DNA of 64,000 bases. It comes from Octopus bimaculoides (lineage: Eukaryota). Made by a program: the position numbers and the translations under genes. Below are positions 24,501-36,898 of the stretch, in pieces; position 1 is the stretch's first letter, and each line of letters begins with the position of its first letter. A model generated the notes under the pieces. The model was given only the letters and a program-made list of their open reading frames with translations. It did not search any database and was not told the DNA's origin. The stretch covers positions 42,956,293 to 43,020,292 of the forward strand of contig NC_068985.1 in NCBI RefSeq assembly GCF_001194135.2, written 5' to 3'.

Positions 24501-27500
24501 CTGTTGGACAGTAAAATAGAAATTATTTTTCGTTCGGTAAAAATTTAAAAAAAGGACATATGTAAGTTTTAAAGTAAATAAAATAAGACTTACTAATGCA
24601 AACATTTATAGAAAGAGAGAGAATATATGTGTGTAGGCATGGTTAGAATTACACTTATTACCTTGTCACCTCAGTGACCACTATTCAGTGTTCAGTTGTA
24701 GGTTAACCAACATTCATTTTGATTATATTGTTCAACTCATAAGTTAAAATAAACAGATTCTGTATCAGTTTCAATACTGTGTATTCCTGCTGTTGGATGA
24801 ACGGAAATAAATACTTATTGAATCATAGACTAAATAACTGGGTTTTTCAGTTGTTTGATCAAATGAACTACCATCCATCCATTGACTTATAGTGTAAGTG
24901 GCTGAATATTCCTCAGACACATGTTACTGCTTTAGACTTTATATAAATCTAGATCAAAGTGAAATTAAAACACAGAAATATACTTTATTGTAAAAAACAT
25001 TCTAAACATTTGATGCCAGCTGATTTAAAGATGTTGATGCAGAATGTATATTCTTTCTAGATATAATCTGTCAAAGTTTATTCTGACAAGTAACATCAGT
25101 GATAGAGAGAAAGTCACTGAGAGAGAGACACAATTAGGCACAAATACCAACAGACTTAGTATTGAAATGTTGTTCCGAAATAGGACTTTGAAACAATGAA
25201 AACCGAATTATTGACAACATGCTTCAAAAGTAAATACAAATACTTTAGAACATGTGCCAACCTATCTGTTTCTGGCTACTAAATGCAGTGGAATTTTACT
25301 GCTGTGCATCCAAATTAACTAACAACACTAATTTTATTTGTCGTAAATATCTACTCCCCCACCCACTCTTCCTATTTTCTGCGTGATTAATCTGAAGACA
25401 AACTTATTTCTGAAGAAACAGGAGTTTTCCACATTTATTTTTCTCTTGTGATGCAACATAGTAAATATTAGGTTATGGAATGTCAGGGAGATGGATTCAC
25501 GTTTATTATTTGTACTGGCTGTAGAAATGGTTGAGTGATTAGAAACTTTGCTTTGCAATCATCAGATCTCAGGTTTGATCCTACTGTATGGTATGTTTGG
25601 CATGCTCATTTATTTGATGGTTCATTATAACATTGGTTTTCCATGCTAGCATTGGCTTGGATGAGAATTGATTAATTTTGAAGAAGGACTTTTACTGCTA
25701 GATGGGCTTCATGTTATCAACTCTTGTTTGTTTTTCAGGTAATGAATTTTTTTTATTTCTTCAGGCACTTCAAAAGTGCATCTAGGAATGCCTACACCAG
25801 CACCAATCCATTCAAATGGTGATGAGTGAACCATCAACATTCACACACACATGAGAGTGTTTTACTCTAGCTTCTGGATTGATTCCCCTTTATAAGTGAA
25901 GTTGGGTAGATAAAAACTGTTGAAGTCTATTGAATTGAGTGTACTTCTAATTTATATGCACCAGACTTGTCACATGCTATGCCATATTGATTCACCCGAG
26001 AATTTTGTTAAAGTTACAAGTATCTGTGGAATACTCAACCTGTTAAGTTATAAATTAATGAGTAGGTAATCCAGTTGATTGAACGGAATGCTCAACTATT
26101 TACATTATATGTAATTCTTTCTAATTCTGGCAGAAAACCAACAGTTTTGAGGGGAGGAGCCAAGCCATTTGCATTGGCTCCAGTACTTGATAGGTACCAT
26201 GATTTGTAGGGAATAGGGACAGCTTGGTGAATAGGGATAAAAAAAGAGAAAATTAAAATATTGATGTCAGCATAGTAAGAGCTCTGAACAATAAACTGAT
26301 TCAATACCCCTTGAATGATAGAGAATTGGTAAAACTTTTTAGAGATGAAATTTAGGGGTGAAAGGATTTTAAATATTTTACCTCACTGCAAGGATTTTTT
26401 AAATCCTTTTAAATTTCATCCCTAAAAAGTTTAACAATTGCTTTTTTTTTTTTTGTTCCTATTCAACCTTGCATTTCATTTTTTTAGGGTTACTAAAATG
26501 AGTACCATGATTAGGGGGTGATTGAGGGACAGCTTGGTGAATAGGAACAAAAACTAAGAGTAGTGAGATATTGGATTAAGGACAGAAAAAATTTCAGGTT
26601 GGTATTCTGCTGTCATTGTTATCTCCAAATGGTAATACAATTTTGGAAGCTTTAAATTTTGAGTATTTTGAGTATTTGATGGATTGTCTATAAACAGAGG
26701 ATTACACAAATTGCCTAGTCTTGGTTACTTTGGTCTTCTAGAAGTACAGTAGCCATTATGATTACATGGGTTCAACTTCCTAATTGGATTAGGAAGTTCC
26801 CTTTTCTCTTTGTGGGTCTCTGACTTGGGGTTTGGGTGATGATTATCCAGTCTAACACCACTATCTGATCCTTGACTGATTTAACACTGCCTTTTGACTC
26901 TTGAGTGTCTTCAACAGAGAGAGCCCAAGCTTTGTAAATATTCAAGTTTGGTCTCTTGCCTGATGTTAACTTGATATCTTAGTCAACAGCTTCCTACTTC
27001 TCTATCACCCACCACTCTCAGAGACTTTAAAAACATGTCATGTGCATTGTCTACCTTTTCTCTTTTAACTAAACCATTAGTGAGGTTAAATCCAAGTGGA
27101 GAGAGAGGTGCTGGTGTACGTAGTGGTAAATGTCTATTATAAGCATGGCTGTGTCTTCTATTATGTCCTCAGGCTGATCAATACATTGTAAGTGAAATTG
27201 GTTGACAGAAACACTATGAAGGCCCGTTACATGTACATGTGTGTGTGTGTTTGTGCATGCATGTAAATGGTTATATTCTGCATGTCTTTGCAAGGTATTG
27301 TTTTGAGGAAATGAATCATGTTGTGTTCATCTGTTTTCTGTAAACATGTCCTGTAGCTCTGCATTTTTAAGTTGTGACAACCAGTTGAATAAAAATACTT
27401 TGTTTGAGAAACAGGATGGGCATTCAACCATAGAAAACAGCCCAATTAGTCTCTATCTAATCCATGCCATATGGAAAAAGAAGACATAAAAACAACAATG

Positions 27501-27638
27501 ATGATAATGATGAATACTGCTTTAAGAGTTTGATAATTCAGTTGGAACATATTAAGGGTTGATTTTGAATGGATTGGACAGCTTAAAAACTTTTGTATAA
27601 GCAAGAAGTATTCATGGTAAGAAGGAGGGCATTATTAT

Positions 27639-27815
27639 TTAAGGGATCATAGCTGCAAATGTTACATCATTGTTGTTTAAGGGCCCGTAAGTTTAAATGT
27701 TACAATGTGTTGTTTAGGGATCAAAGGTTTAAATGTTACATTGTTGTTTAAGGGATCATAGCTTTGAATGTTTACATCATTGCCATTCAAGGGCCATAGG
27801 TTTAAATGACACATC
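27639..27815. repeat. ~35-bp minisatellite, 5 units, with an apparent 3-unit higher-order period
   Basis: Units TTAAGGG..AAATGTTACA..TTGTTGT; units 1 and 4 share GGGATCATAGCT..ACATCATT, units 2 and 5 share GGGCC. Confidence 0.85.
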
Positions 27816-28386
27816 AAATCTTGAAGAGTATCAGAGATTTTATTGTCTAATTTTTAAAAATGGGGAGTTTCTACTTCATCTCGATTATATTTGCAATAGT
27901 CATGAGTGTCACGGTCTCCCACCAAAAGGCTTCTTGATTGATTAGCATGGAGTTGTCCACCAGCACACTCCATCTTCCAGTCCAGAGATGTGTTGTCTGC
28001 CCAATCTGCCTCTACTACTACTGTAGCCACTGCACCTAGAGTTAGCAGGTTTTGTGCTTCTTCCATCAAGTTACCTGATTTACTTTTCCTCTTTTGTCAC
28101 CCATCTTGTCTCATACTAAATACTGCCCAGTCATTTTTCTCTAGAATATTATCCCTCTAGAACCCCACCTCCACTTTCTCATAGCTTTCATGCAGCTATC
28201 AAATTGCAGTGATTCAAGAAAAACATCAACCATGTTGATTTCAACATGTCATAATCACTGTCCTTTCCTGTTAACCCATTTGAAAGAAACAAAAATAAAT
28301 ACCACTCCCCAGTGCCTGCATCCAAAATATAAGATTCTAATGTTTACTTCATGATGGTGATAAGAACTGCCACAGTTTACACTTAC

Positions 28387-28419
28387 TCAGTTGTTAGGAT
28401 AAATTCATAGCAGGAGAGT
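28387..28419 (-). other. Candidate 33-nt symmetric exon
   Basis: Minus strand ttcttctctaatccatttccag|ACTCTCCTGCTATGAATTTATCCTAACAACTGA|gtaagt; single open frame LSCYEFILTT. Confidence 0.3.
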
Positions 28420-28429
28420 CTGGAAATGG

Positions 28430-28652
28430 ATTAGAGAAGAACTGCTCACCAATGCAAGTATAGCAAACCAATCGTTAATACGGTGGCGGTGGTGATGGAG
28501 GTCAGAATATATATGTCTATTTTGGGTCTCTCATCCATTATTGCCCTCTTTGTTACCTGCTCGCCTATCACTCACCTTCTCTTCTATTCTACACCTCTTG
28601 TCTATATTCAATTCCACTTCTGCTATCTCCACTCTTTTGTTCTACCTATTTT
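28430..28652 (+). repeat. Right arm of the 223-bp inverted duplication
   Basis: See 23501-23723. Confidence 0.95.
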
Positions 28653-29974
28653 CCCTGTGATAACTGTGTAACAAAGAATGGTAACACATCTGTCCATATC
28701 CATACTCCTACTATCATCTTTCCTTATAGTTAGCCATCACTCTCTTTTCCTCATGACATAGTTTGTTCACATTTATTCACTCTCACTTACTACAACCTAT
28801 TTCTCTTGCTATCCATCACTCACATTTACTTACCATCACCAATCTTATGTTATTTTCTATTCAACTTCTTACCAGCAACCAAAATGTAACTACTACTGCC
28901 TCTCTTCCATTAACCCTTCCCTGAATATTCTCACACTCTTGTCATCATCTTGTCCTTCATCATACTCCCTTCTATTCACCTTCTAGGTCACATTTGCTTT
29001 AAAGGAATGGAGACAACATAAAGGGAACTTTTTAGTCCTGTTAAGGACAAGACAACCTCTCAAATGTTGGTAAAGGCTATCTTAGCAGCAATACGGTATC
29101 TCAAGCAAATCAAAGCACTGGATCATTGAAGTAATTATTTATTGACAGCATACATAGACGATAATTGAGTCCTTAAACTTGTGAGGCCCCTGGGCAACTG
29201 CCCAATGTACCTTAAGACAGCACTGGTGCCATGATAAAATGCACCCCATACACTTTGTAAAATGGTTGGCAATGAATGGAGACAATGCAGAGTAGATAGG
29301 TCTCATTAGTGTTATTGAGGACATGAAACTTCTTTCAGGCTGATGCCACAATAAAATGCATCCTGTACACACTGTAGGATGGTTAGTGATAGGAAGGCTA
29401 TTCAGCCATAAAATACTAAGCTAAAACCGGAATGTATAAGCAATATGTAGTCTTCTGATCTGCTTAGGAGGGCAGTAACTCTGAATAAAAACTGGTTCAT
29501 ACCATAACAACTCTTCCAATCCCTGCCAGCATGAGAAGCAGTTGTAAATTGATGATGAATTTACACACATACACATCAAGCAGTACTTTTCACTTCTATG
29601 GCAATGGGTTTATTCTAAACAAAATTTTTATCACATAACCTCTTCATCTAATTATTCTGAAATATCACACATAAAAAAAATATTATCATAATTTATGTGT
29701 GTGATATATTGAGTTTTAGATTACTTGCTTTTTTGTGTAGATGTGTACAGCATCTGTGTGGGTATGTGGGTATGTGGGGGTGTGTGCATGCACATGCATA
29801 TTAAAGTGATCTATTGTGTGCCCCACTGTACCAGATTTAATATTTTAACTTAGCAAAGTGTCAATGTCTAAATAGTCAGTTGGTTTAGTTAGAAACATTA
29901 GTAGTCAATTGGTTTGGTTAATTGTTCAGCGAAACATTAGTAACACATCAGTTAATTAAGGGAAATAACGAGAA

Positions 29975-30005
<31 letters not shown>

Positions 30006-30507
30006 GACAGACAGACAGACAGAGACAGACAAACAGACAGACAAACAGACATGTGTGTGTGTGTGTGTATAGATTTGGCTCTGTGGTTATATAGTTTACA
30101 ACCATATGGTGTAGGATTCAATCTAATGATACAGTACTGAGGGCAAGTATCTTCTACAATAGTCTTGGATTGTCCAATCTCTTTTGACAGGAATGTAGCA
30201 AATAGCAATTATTCAAACGCCTGTTGTATACACACAAACATGCATATATATGTAATACATACACACACACACACACAGACATATATATGTGTATGTGTGT
30301 GTGTTTTTGTGTATGTTTGTGTGTGTGTGTAGCCATGTTTGTTTGTTCACAATTCACAAACAAGTGTTTTTTATGCTGCATTCCTTTATGTTCTATGACT
30401 TAGCAGATTGAAAAATAGATATCTATAAAATGAATACTGGTAATGATAGTTAACTAAGATCTGTGAAGGTGATGCCCAGGATGGCCACAATTCAATGACT
30501 GAAACCA

Positions 30508-30555
<48 letters not shown>

Positions 30556-30875
30556 CAAATAATAAATGAGTATATGCATATATACGTACAGGTATGTGCA
30601 TACCTACGTCTACCTGTATATATAGGTGCATATCTGGGTACAGGACATTGCAAACAAAACGTAGACAAGAAAATAATAATAACCAGAGTACAGAAAACAC
30701 ACAAGCCACATAGAGAACATTTTCCTTCATCAGCTACCCCCATTTTAACACCGGCGTTGCGAAGAGTTGGCAGGACGCATCGTTAAAATGGCTCTTCCCA
30801 TGAACCGCAAATTAAATTTGTATACACAAATTAAACCTGTGCCATGGAGGAATGTAGTGGCGGACAAAAAACAAG

Positions 30876-30916
<41 letters not shown>

Positions 30917-31394
30917 TATACATGAACTTATCAACAACCTTCGCAGTTTCCCCTTTGACAGTGATAGTTGGTTCATAGGACTTCTGCAGGGTAGATTGGA
31001 GCATACAGATAGAGAGAAAGGCAGATACAGATAAATATGTAGGTGGACATATAATTGAATAGAAGCTAGACATATTGTTAACACCAAATCAACTCTGATC
31101 TAGTAGACCTACGATTAAGGGCATTCCAACTGCCCGTCCAGCTTTTTTTTCAATGTCTCCTTTTGCATTAAGACTATAGATGATATAAGGGATGTTTTGC
31201 TGCTATTTCTATAAGAGAGAACAATAACATAGAGGTCTCCCTCATTAATTCATGCTAGACATAGGAATACAGACTATGGGAAGACAAACACAATAGACAA
31301 AAATGATCAAAAGATTTGAACAAAATCAAACATATGAAATTATAAAAGAGAAGAAAAAAGGGTAATTAAGACATTAATAACAGAAATGTGACAC

Positions 31395-31604
31395 AGGGGA
31401 CAACAAAGGAACATATGGAAAAACAAGATAAACACACACAATGGATGTGGACATGCTCAACCCCTCATCAGTTATCAACCAAATAAGTAGGTGTCAAAAT
31501 TGTGATGATACTTGGTTGACAACTGATGGAGGGTTGAGCATGTCCACATCCATTCCACATGTTTGTTAGTTTTTGTTTTTCCATATGTTCCGTTGTTGTC
31601 CCCC
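31395..31604. repeat. Fold-back inverted repeat: ~90-bp arms, 43-bp inner stem, 29-nt loop
   Basis: 31440-31482 pairs with 31512-31554 (two A:C mismatches and one G:U). The outer arms GGGGACAAC..GGAACATATGGAAAAACAA also match. Confidence 0.95.
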
Positions 31605-31811
31605 TTTACTACATTTCTATAATTATTTATTGTAATGCTATGCACATTTTTTTCTCCCTGACTACCAGTAATTAACACAATAAATTATTTAAAAAAATTT
31701 TATTTTATATTTCTCAATGTTAGAATTGGTTGAAATTCAGACAGTTATGCGTGTTGGTGTGCTAATGTTTGTATGTGTGTATAAATGTGTGTTAATGTAT
31801 ATGTTAATGCA

Positions 31812-31897
<86 letters not shown>

Positions 31898-32468
31898 GCG
31901 TGTGTGTGTGTGTGTTAGCGTGTGTGCGTGTGTGTTAGCGTGTGTGTGTGTGTTAGCATGTTGTGTGTGCATTAAATGTTAGAGAAGAAAATGTCAGTGA
32001 ATGATAAAGAAAGATGTCAGACAATGATAGAAGATGAAAGTGAGCAAGGATTGAATGACTGAAGCATATCATATTGAAATTAGTCTGTGATTGGTAGCTT
32101 AGGAAGGGTAATGGTTGAAATGGTAGAATATGATGCCACACAGACATGTAATATGAGACACAGGAGAAATTGGTTGCCAAAGCAAAAGGGAAACAAAATT
32201 TAAATGATATTCTAAGTGTGAAATATAGCTTCTTTGAACACATAGACATACATACACACACTTGTATGCACTCACACATACATGCTTGTATGTGTACACA
32301 CACACAACACCAGCACATATACTATTTAAAGTTTATGTTTTCACTTCTCACATGGGTTGAATAAATATACAAATTTACACATTTTCATAAAGGATTAAAG
32401 CAATTCTATGTTTGTGAGATGAAGAATTTATATTATGTATCTTGTTTATAATTAGTCAAAGTGGAGTT

Positions 32469-32814
32469 CTCATCTTGATTGTTGATTTCACTATATTTTG
32501 GCTGTCGTACACTCCAGCCTTCTTCAGGTGTCTTGTGTTGAAATTGGTTGTTGTATTGGAATTTCGAACATAACCCTTTATTTGATGTATGGAGTTACAG
32601 TGTTCTCATTCTGTTTTCTGTGTTTCATGACATTTCAACTGAAAGAAAAAAATGTCATGGAAAGCAGTGAGTGGAATGAGAACTGTACTCCTGCGGATCA
32701 ACTAAACGGTTAGGTTTGAAATTCCAATACAGCATCCAAATTCAACACAAGACACTCAAAGAAGGCTGGAGTGTCCAAAAGCTGAAACATAGTGAAATCA
32801 ACAGTCAAGATGAG
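32469..32814. repeat. Fold-back inverted repeat: ~165-bp arms, 14-nt loop, hammerhead-like core in each arm (Penelope pLTR-like)
   Basis: Arms align end to end at roughly 80% identity by eye. The minus strand of the left arm reads CTGAAGA-A-GGCTG-gagtgtacga-CAGCC-AAAAT; the right arm retains GAAAC..GTC. Confidence 0.9.
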
Positions 32815-34394
32815 GACCCTAGTCCAACTAATATAAACAGTATACATAGGATGAAAGCAATTGTTTCTTGCCTGCTATTAGAATATTTTTAAATTGTAAA
32901 CCCAAGCCTAAAACATGTTCTGGTATCCAGCAGTCAAAAGTTCACCTCAGCAAATTGTTTAACCCATGTAAGCATGGCAAAGTGGACAGTAAACAATGAT
33001 GATTATGATTAATTTTATAATAATTCTGCTTGTCACTCTGTTACTTAGCCTGTCCTTAATGCTTCCATGTGATTAGGAGAGGTGGTGGTGAGTGAATGTG
33101 TAATTTTTTCGTTACTTAGCCCATCTATAATGCTTTCATGTAATTAGTTGAAGGGAAAGGCATAGCGAAAGAAAAAGGAGAGAGAAAAAGAGGATAAGGC
33201 AAAGAGTGAGAGAGAAAGAGGGAGAGTGCTGTATATTAAGTCTATAAAATTGTGCATAAAGTATATATAGTGTATATATAATGTATATTAAGTAATCATT
33301 GTATTTCAGTTTCCTTCACTTTCAATGATAAGTAGATGAGCAACTTTCTTTTGATACAAATATAACACAGATTAAGCCTTCAGGTTTTTTGGACAAAGTT
33401 TTCAGAAATAACCCAATAAGTTTACCATTAATTCTGTGAAATATTCACAGGTCCCACTAGTGAAATATAAATCTGGTAAAGCACCAGGTTAGCAACAGTA
33501 GTACAGAGAGCAACTGCAGCAACAACAGTAACATCAAGTACATATGTTAGAAACAGAAACAGCAGAAGCTTTACAGTGTCCCCTGATACACAGACAAACA
33601 GTTCCTTGTTTTTATCTAAAAATGAAATCTTACACAGCAGAAATACAATAGAGTATAAGGGCTAAAATTTCTCAGGTTTTATAATGGAAGTCTTTGAGGT
33701 TTTTTAATAAAATTTCATCAGAGGAGGAAGTACAGCACCGATAACTATCCTTTCTGAGTCATTGAGATTGTTGGAGGAAGCTAACCACAGACCAGAGATT
33801 TGAACCAAGTTCTTGCAACAGAATGGATGCTATTAAAGAAACAGGTCTACAACCTTTATGGATTTATTGCTATTGCTTAGACACAGGTGAAGCTTTATTG
33901 AGCAAAAATACTTCAACCACAATCATCCTAAGACTACATTGCTCAATGTGCCAGCCTAATATTTTTTTAAGATGGCAATGTAATTTGTAAGAGATTTGGC
34001 TGCTATTTCTAATGAAGCCACCATATAGATGTGCCCTCACTGTGTTACTTGTTGAATATTAATGGCACCAGACTGATGCCAAGATAGAGTTTAATTGTCT
34101 TCATTTGTAGAACAATGTGAAATAAATAATTCAGGTTGGCTGTGTTTTATCATTGCTGCTAGTTCAGTATTTAGTAATTCACTGTTCTGAAGTTCAAATC
34201 TTTATTGGATTAACATTTTTGTTTATCTAGTTTTATACAGCTTCAATGCAATACAAGAGGAATATGTTTAATGAGACTAAAGCATCTCCTGTCAAAGTGC
34301 TCTCCTCTGTCATAATATTTTTTACTTGCTGAGTTTGAAGGAAGGAGTTCAACCCATGACTCTCTGAGGCCACTTGGGACCAGTGAAACTGATG

Positions 34395-34850
34395 TCATTA
34401 ATGTTTTACTAAATCTGTTCTAAGTCAATATCCGCAGGAAAGGTATGGGTAGAGAGGGAGTTTTCAGAGCCAATATTCTGGGGAAGAAGGATTGAGTGTA
34501 ATGGTTAGTACGGAGGGGGGGGGGGTACAATGTGAGTGGTAGCAGAAGGAGAGGTGAATGAGTCATGAATGTCTGAGTGGAGTCAGCACAAGTGACTACT
34601 GCTTCTACAACTCCTCTCCTTACTTTTTCTACTGCTACTACAATGCTCTTCAGACCATTGTAGAAAAAGTAGAGTGAGGAGACAGCATGTCCTAGGCAAA
34701 AGAGGAAAGTATGCTTGTAAGTGATTTTACACGAATCACTGGAGTGACCTTTCTCTGGATGGAGCATATCTTGAAGTGATTCTGACTGAAAAATAGGATA
34801 TTTTGGTAGGAATAATCCACAGTATTTTCTCATCAAAACCAAACAATCAG
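34395..34850 (-). mobile_element. CR1-like LINE C-terminus with a small internal fold-back rearrangement
   Basis: HAVSSLYFFYNGL..PLRTNHYTQSFFPRI..NSLSTHTFPADIDLEQ; short inverted duplication at about 34620-34676. Confidence 0.7.
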
Positions 34851-36164
34851 ACATTTGGGTTTAGTAGAAAGAGGAATTTGAGATGTCTGTAATATGTGTT
34901 ATCCTAAACAAGTGATGCCTGATAACACACATCACATCATTGCCTTATGGAGGTAAGCAACCATTAAGAAGCTCATCTTGTCTCCACGAAACAAGTTTAT
35001 CAGAAGGCAGTATTACCTTTCAACTGTTAATAGAAATACACTAAAGAAAAGCAAACAACTATTGAACAACTCCTAGCACATTCTTCCGATACACACAGAA
35101 AACAGTGAAGCAGAAAGGTTTGATGAAATATCTTTGCATGTCTAGAATAAGCAATAATGCAATGCCATTTAACTATTTTTGCTTCACTGAATATTTGCTC
35201 AACAACTAACAGTTGTTGACAATATCTTCATAGCTCAACAGCATAGACAACCCATTTGTTAGATATTTCAATATTGTTTTAAATGGTACCAAATACAAGC
35301 AACATTGTTATAAGAATTGATAATGTTATTTAAACATTACAATATAAAGTAATTAGATACTTAAATGAAGCATACTATATTTAGCCAACACACACAAAGA
35401 AAATAGAATGTTATCCAGCAAGAATAAACAGCAGTACTATGTCACTAAAACTACTTCCATTTATGTGGCATTGATATCCTGAAACTAAAACTTAGCTCGT
35501 AGACAACCTTGAATAGACAAAAGGAGTAAAATAAAAGATAAAGTGAAATTTGTATCAACTATTGTTTCTGAAAAACCACCTGACTACCAGAGTTTGTATG
35601 AAACAAAGTAAGGAATATCTTCAAACAGAAAACAATAAGCAAATAAATATGGAGTAGGAGTTTGGGGTTAGTTGAAAATTAGTTTGAAAACAAGAAAACC
35701 TGGAAAATATATAACCTTTAAGCAAAAATATAAGTGGGGTTAGAATCAACAAAATTATCCTTATATTACCCATACTCATTTTAAGCAATTTAGATAGAAT
35801 ATATGAACATCCTTGGTAACATATTGATTCCTGAAAGAGGGGCAAGACCACAAATCTGAGTGGAAGCATGTAGACAAACGTATCACTGAGTACAACACTG
35901 GTACTATACTCTATTGGCCCCTAGGTCCTGGCAGCTTTGAACTCAGCATTGAATTTCTAAAGTGTCACAGGTAAACAGAAGAGATTAAACATTAGAGAGT
36001 ATTAAGACTTTTGTGTCCCTATTTCTAGTATATCAAATTTTTAAAATGAGATAGAATTTGGAACAATTTAATTTTTAAATAACTAACTTTTTCATTGTAA
36101 ACTTTTCATTGTAAACTTCTGATGTAAAATTACGTACGAAGGTTTTAATTTAAATAATGAATGC

Positions 36165-36580
36165 CTACATAGCTATGTAGTTAAGAAGCCTACTTCCTAA
36201 CCATGTAATCTCAGTTTCAGTCCTACTGTGCAGCAGCCCCTTGAATAAGTGTCTTTTACTACAGTGCTGAGCTGACCAAAGTCTTGTGAGTGAATTTGAT
36301 AGACAGAAACTAAAAGAAGTGTGTGTGTGTGTGTGTATGTGTGTGTGTGTGTGTGTGCGTGTGTGTGCGTGTGCATGTGTTACCTTTGTTTTCACATGTG
36401 ATGACTGTAAATGAGCATCAATATCATCATACATTTCCAGTCTTCCCTGAAAAACCTGTCTGTTGCTTGGAAACAGGTGAAGGCCAGTAACAGGAAGGGC
36501 ATCTGGACATAAAAAAAACATCCACCTCAACAAATTCTGCCCCAAGCAATCATAGAAAAGTGGATGTTAAATGATGAATG
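36165..36580 (+). mobile_element. Family A SINE head joined to an RTE-like tail (tail 2); same chimera at 41620-42045, 46290-46740, 49200-49640(-)
   Basis: CORE-like head, microsatellite, then GGAAACAGGTGAGGGTTG..AGGAAGGGCATC..CAACAAATTC..GCATGGAAAA..TTAAA-(GAT)n. Confidence 0.75.
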
Positions 36581-36830
36581 GACATTTTGAATATGTGAGG
36601 GGATAAAACAAATGACTAAGCTTGTGTCTGTATTAAATAAATGAAACATCAGCAGATTAATTGAATATCATGTTACTGATGTTGATTAATAATACTGTAG
36701 AGAGAAGGAGGATGCCTGAGTGAATGACTAGACAGATATAGGAGAGAGTGTAGCAGCGAGTGATTGTGTGTATGAGTGAGTGACTATATGAATGAAGTAA
36801 GTGAAATGTGACTCAAGTGTGAATTGTGGA

Positions 36831-36898
36831 CGTGAGCAGAGCGGGGGTGTGAGCAGAGTGGGGGCGTGAGCAGAGTGGGGGGATGTGAGCAGAGTGGG
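36831..36898 (+). repeat. G-rich ~16-18 bp minisatellite running into an N-gap
   Basis: GTGAGCAGAGYGGGG(GG) repeated 4 times before the Ns at 36899-37260. Confidence 0.85.

Noticed and set aside
11970-27815. Short spaced repeats as a CRISPR-like array
   Set aside because: The units are degenerate tandem repeats without unique spacers, the context is eukaryotic, and there are no cas genes.
35515-35612. Plus-strand frame ..VSEKPPDYQSLYETK|gtaagg
   Set aside because: No convincing acceptor and no homology; likely chance.
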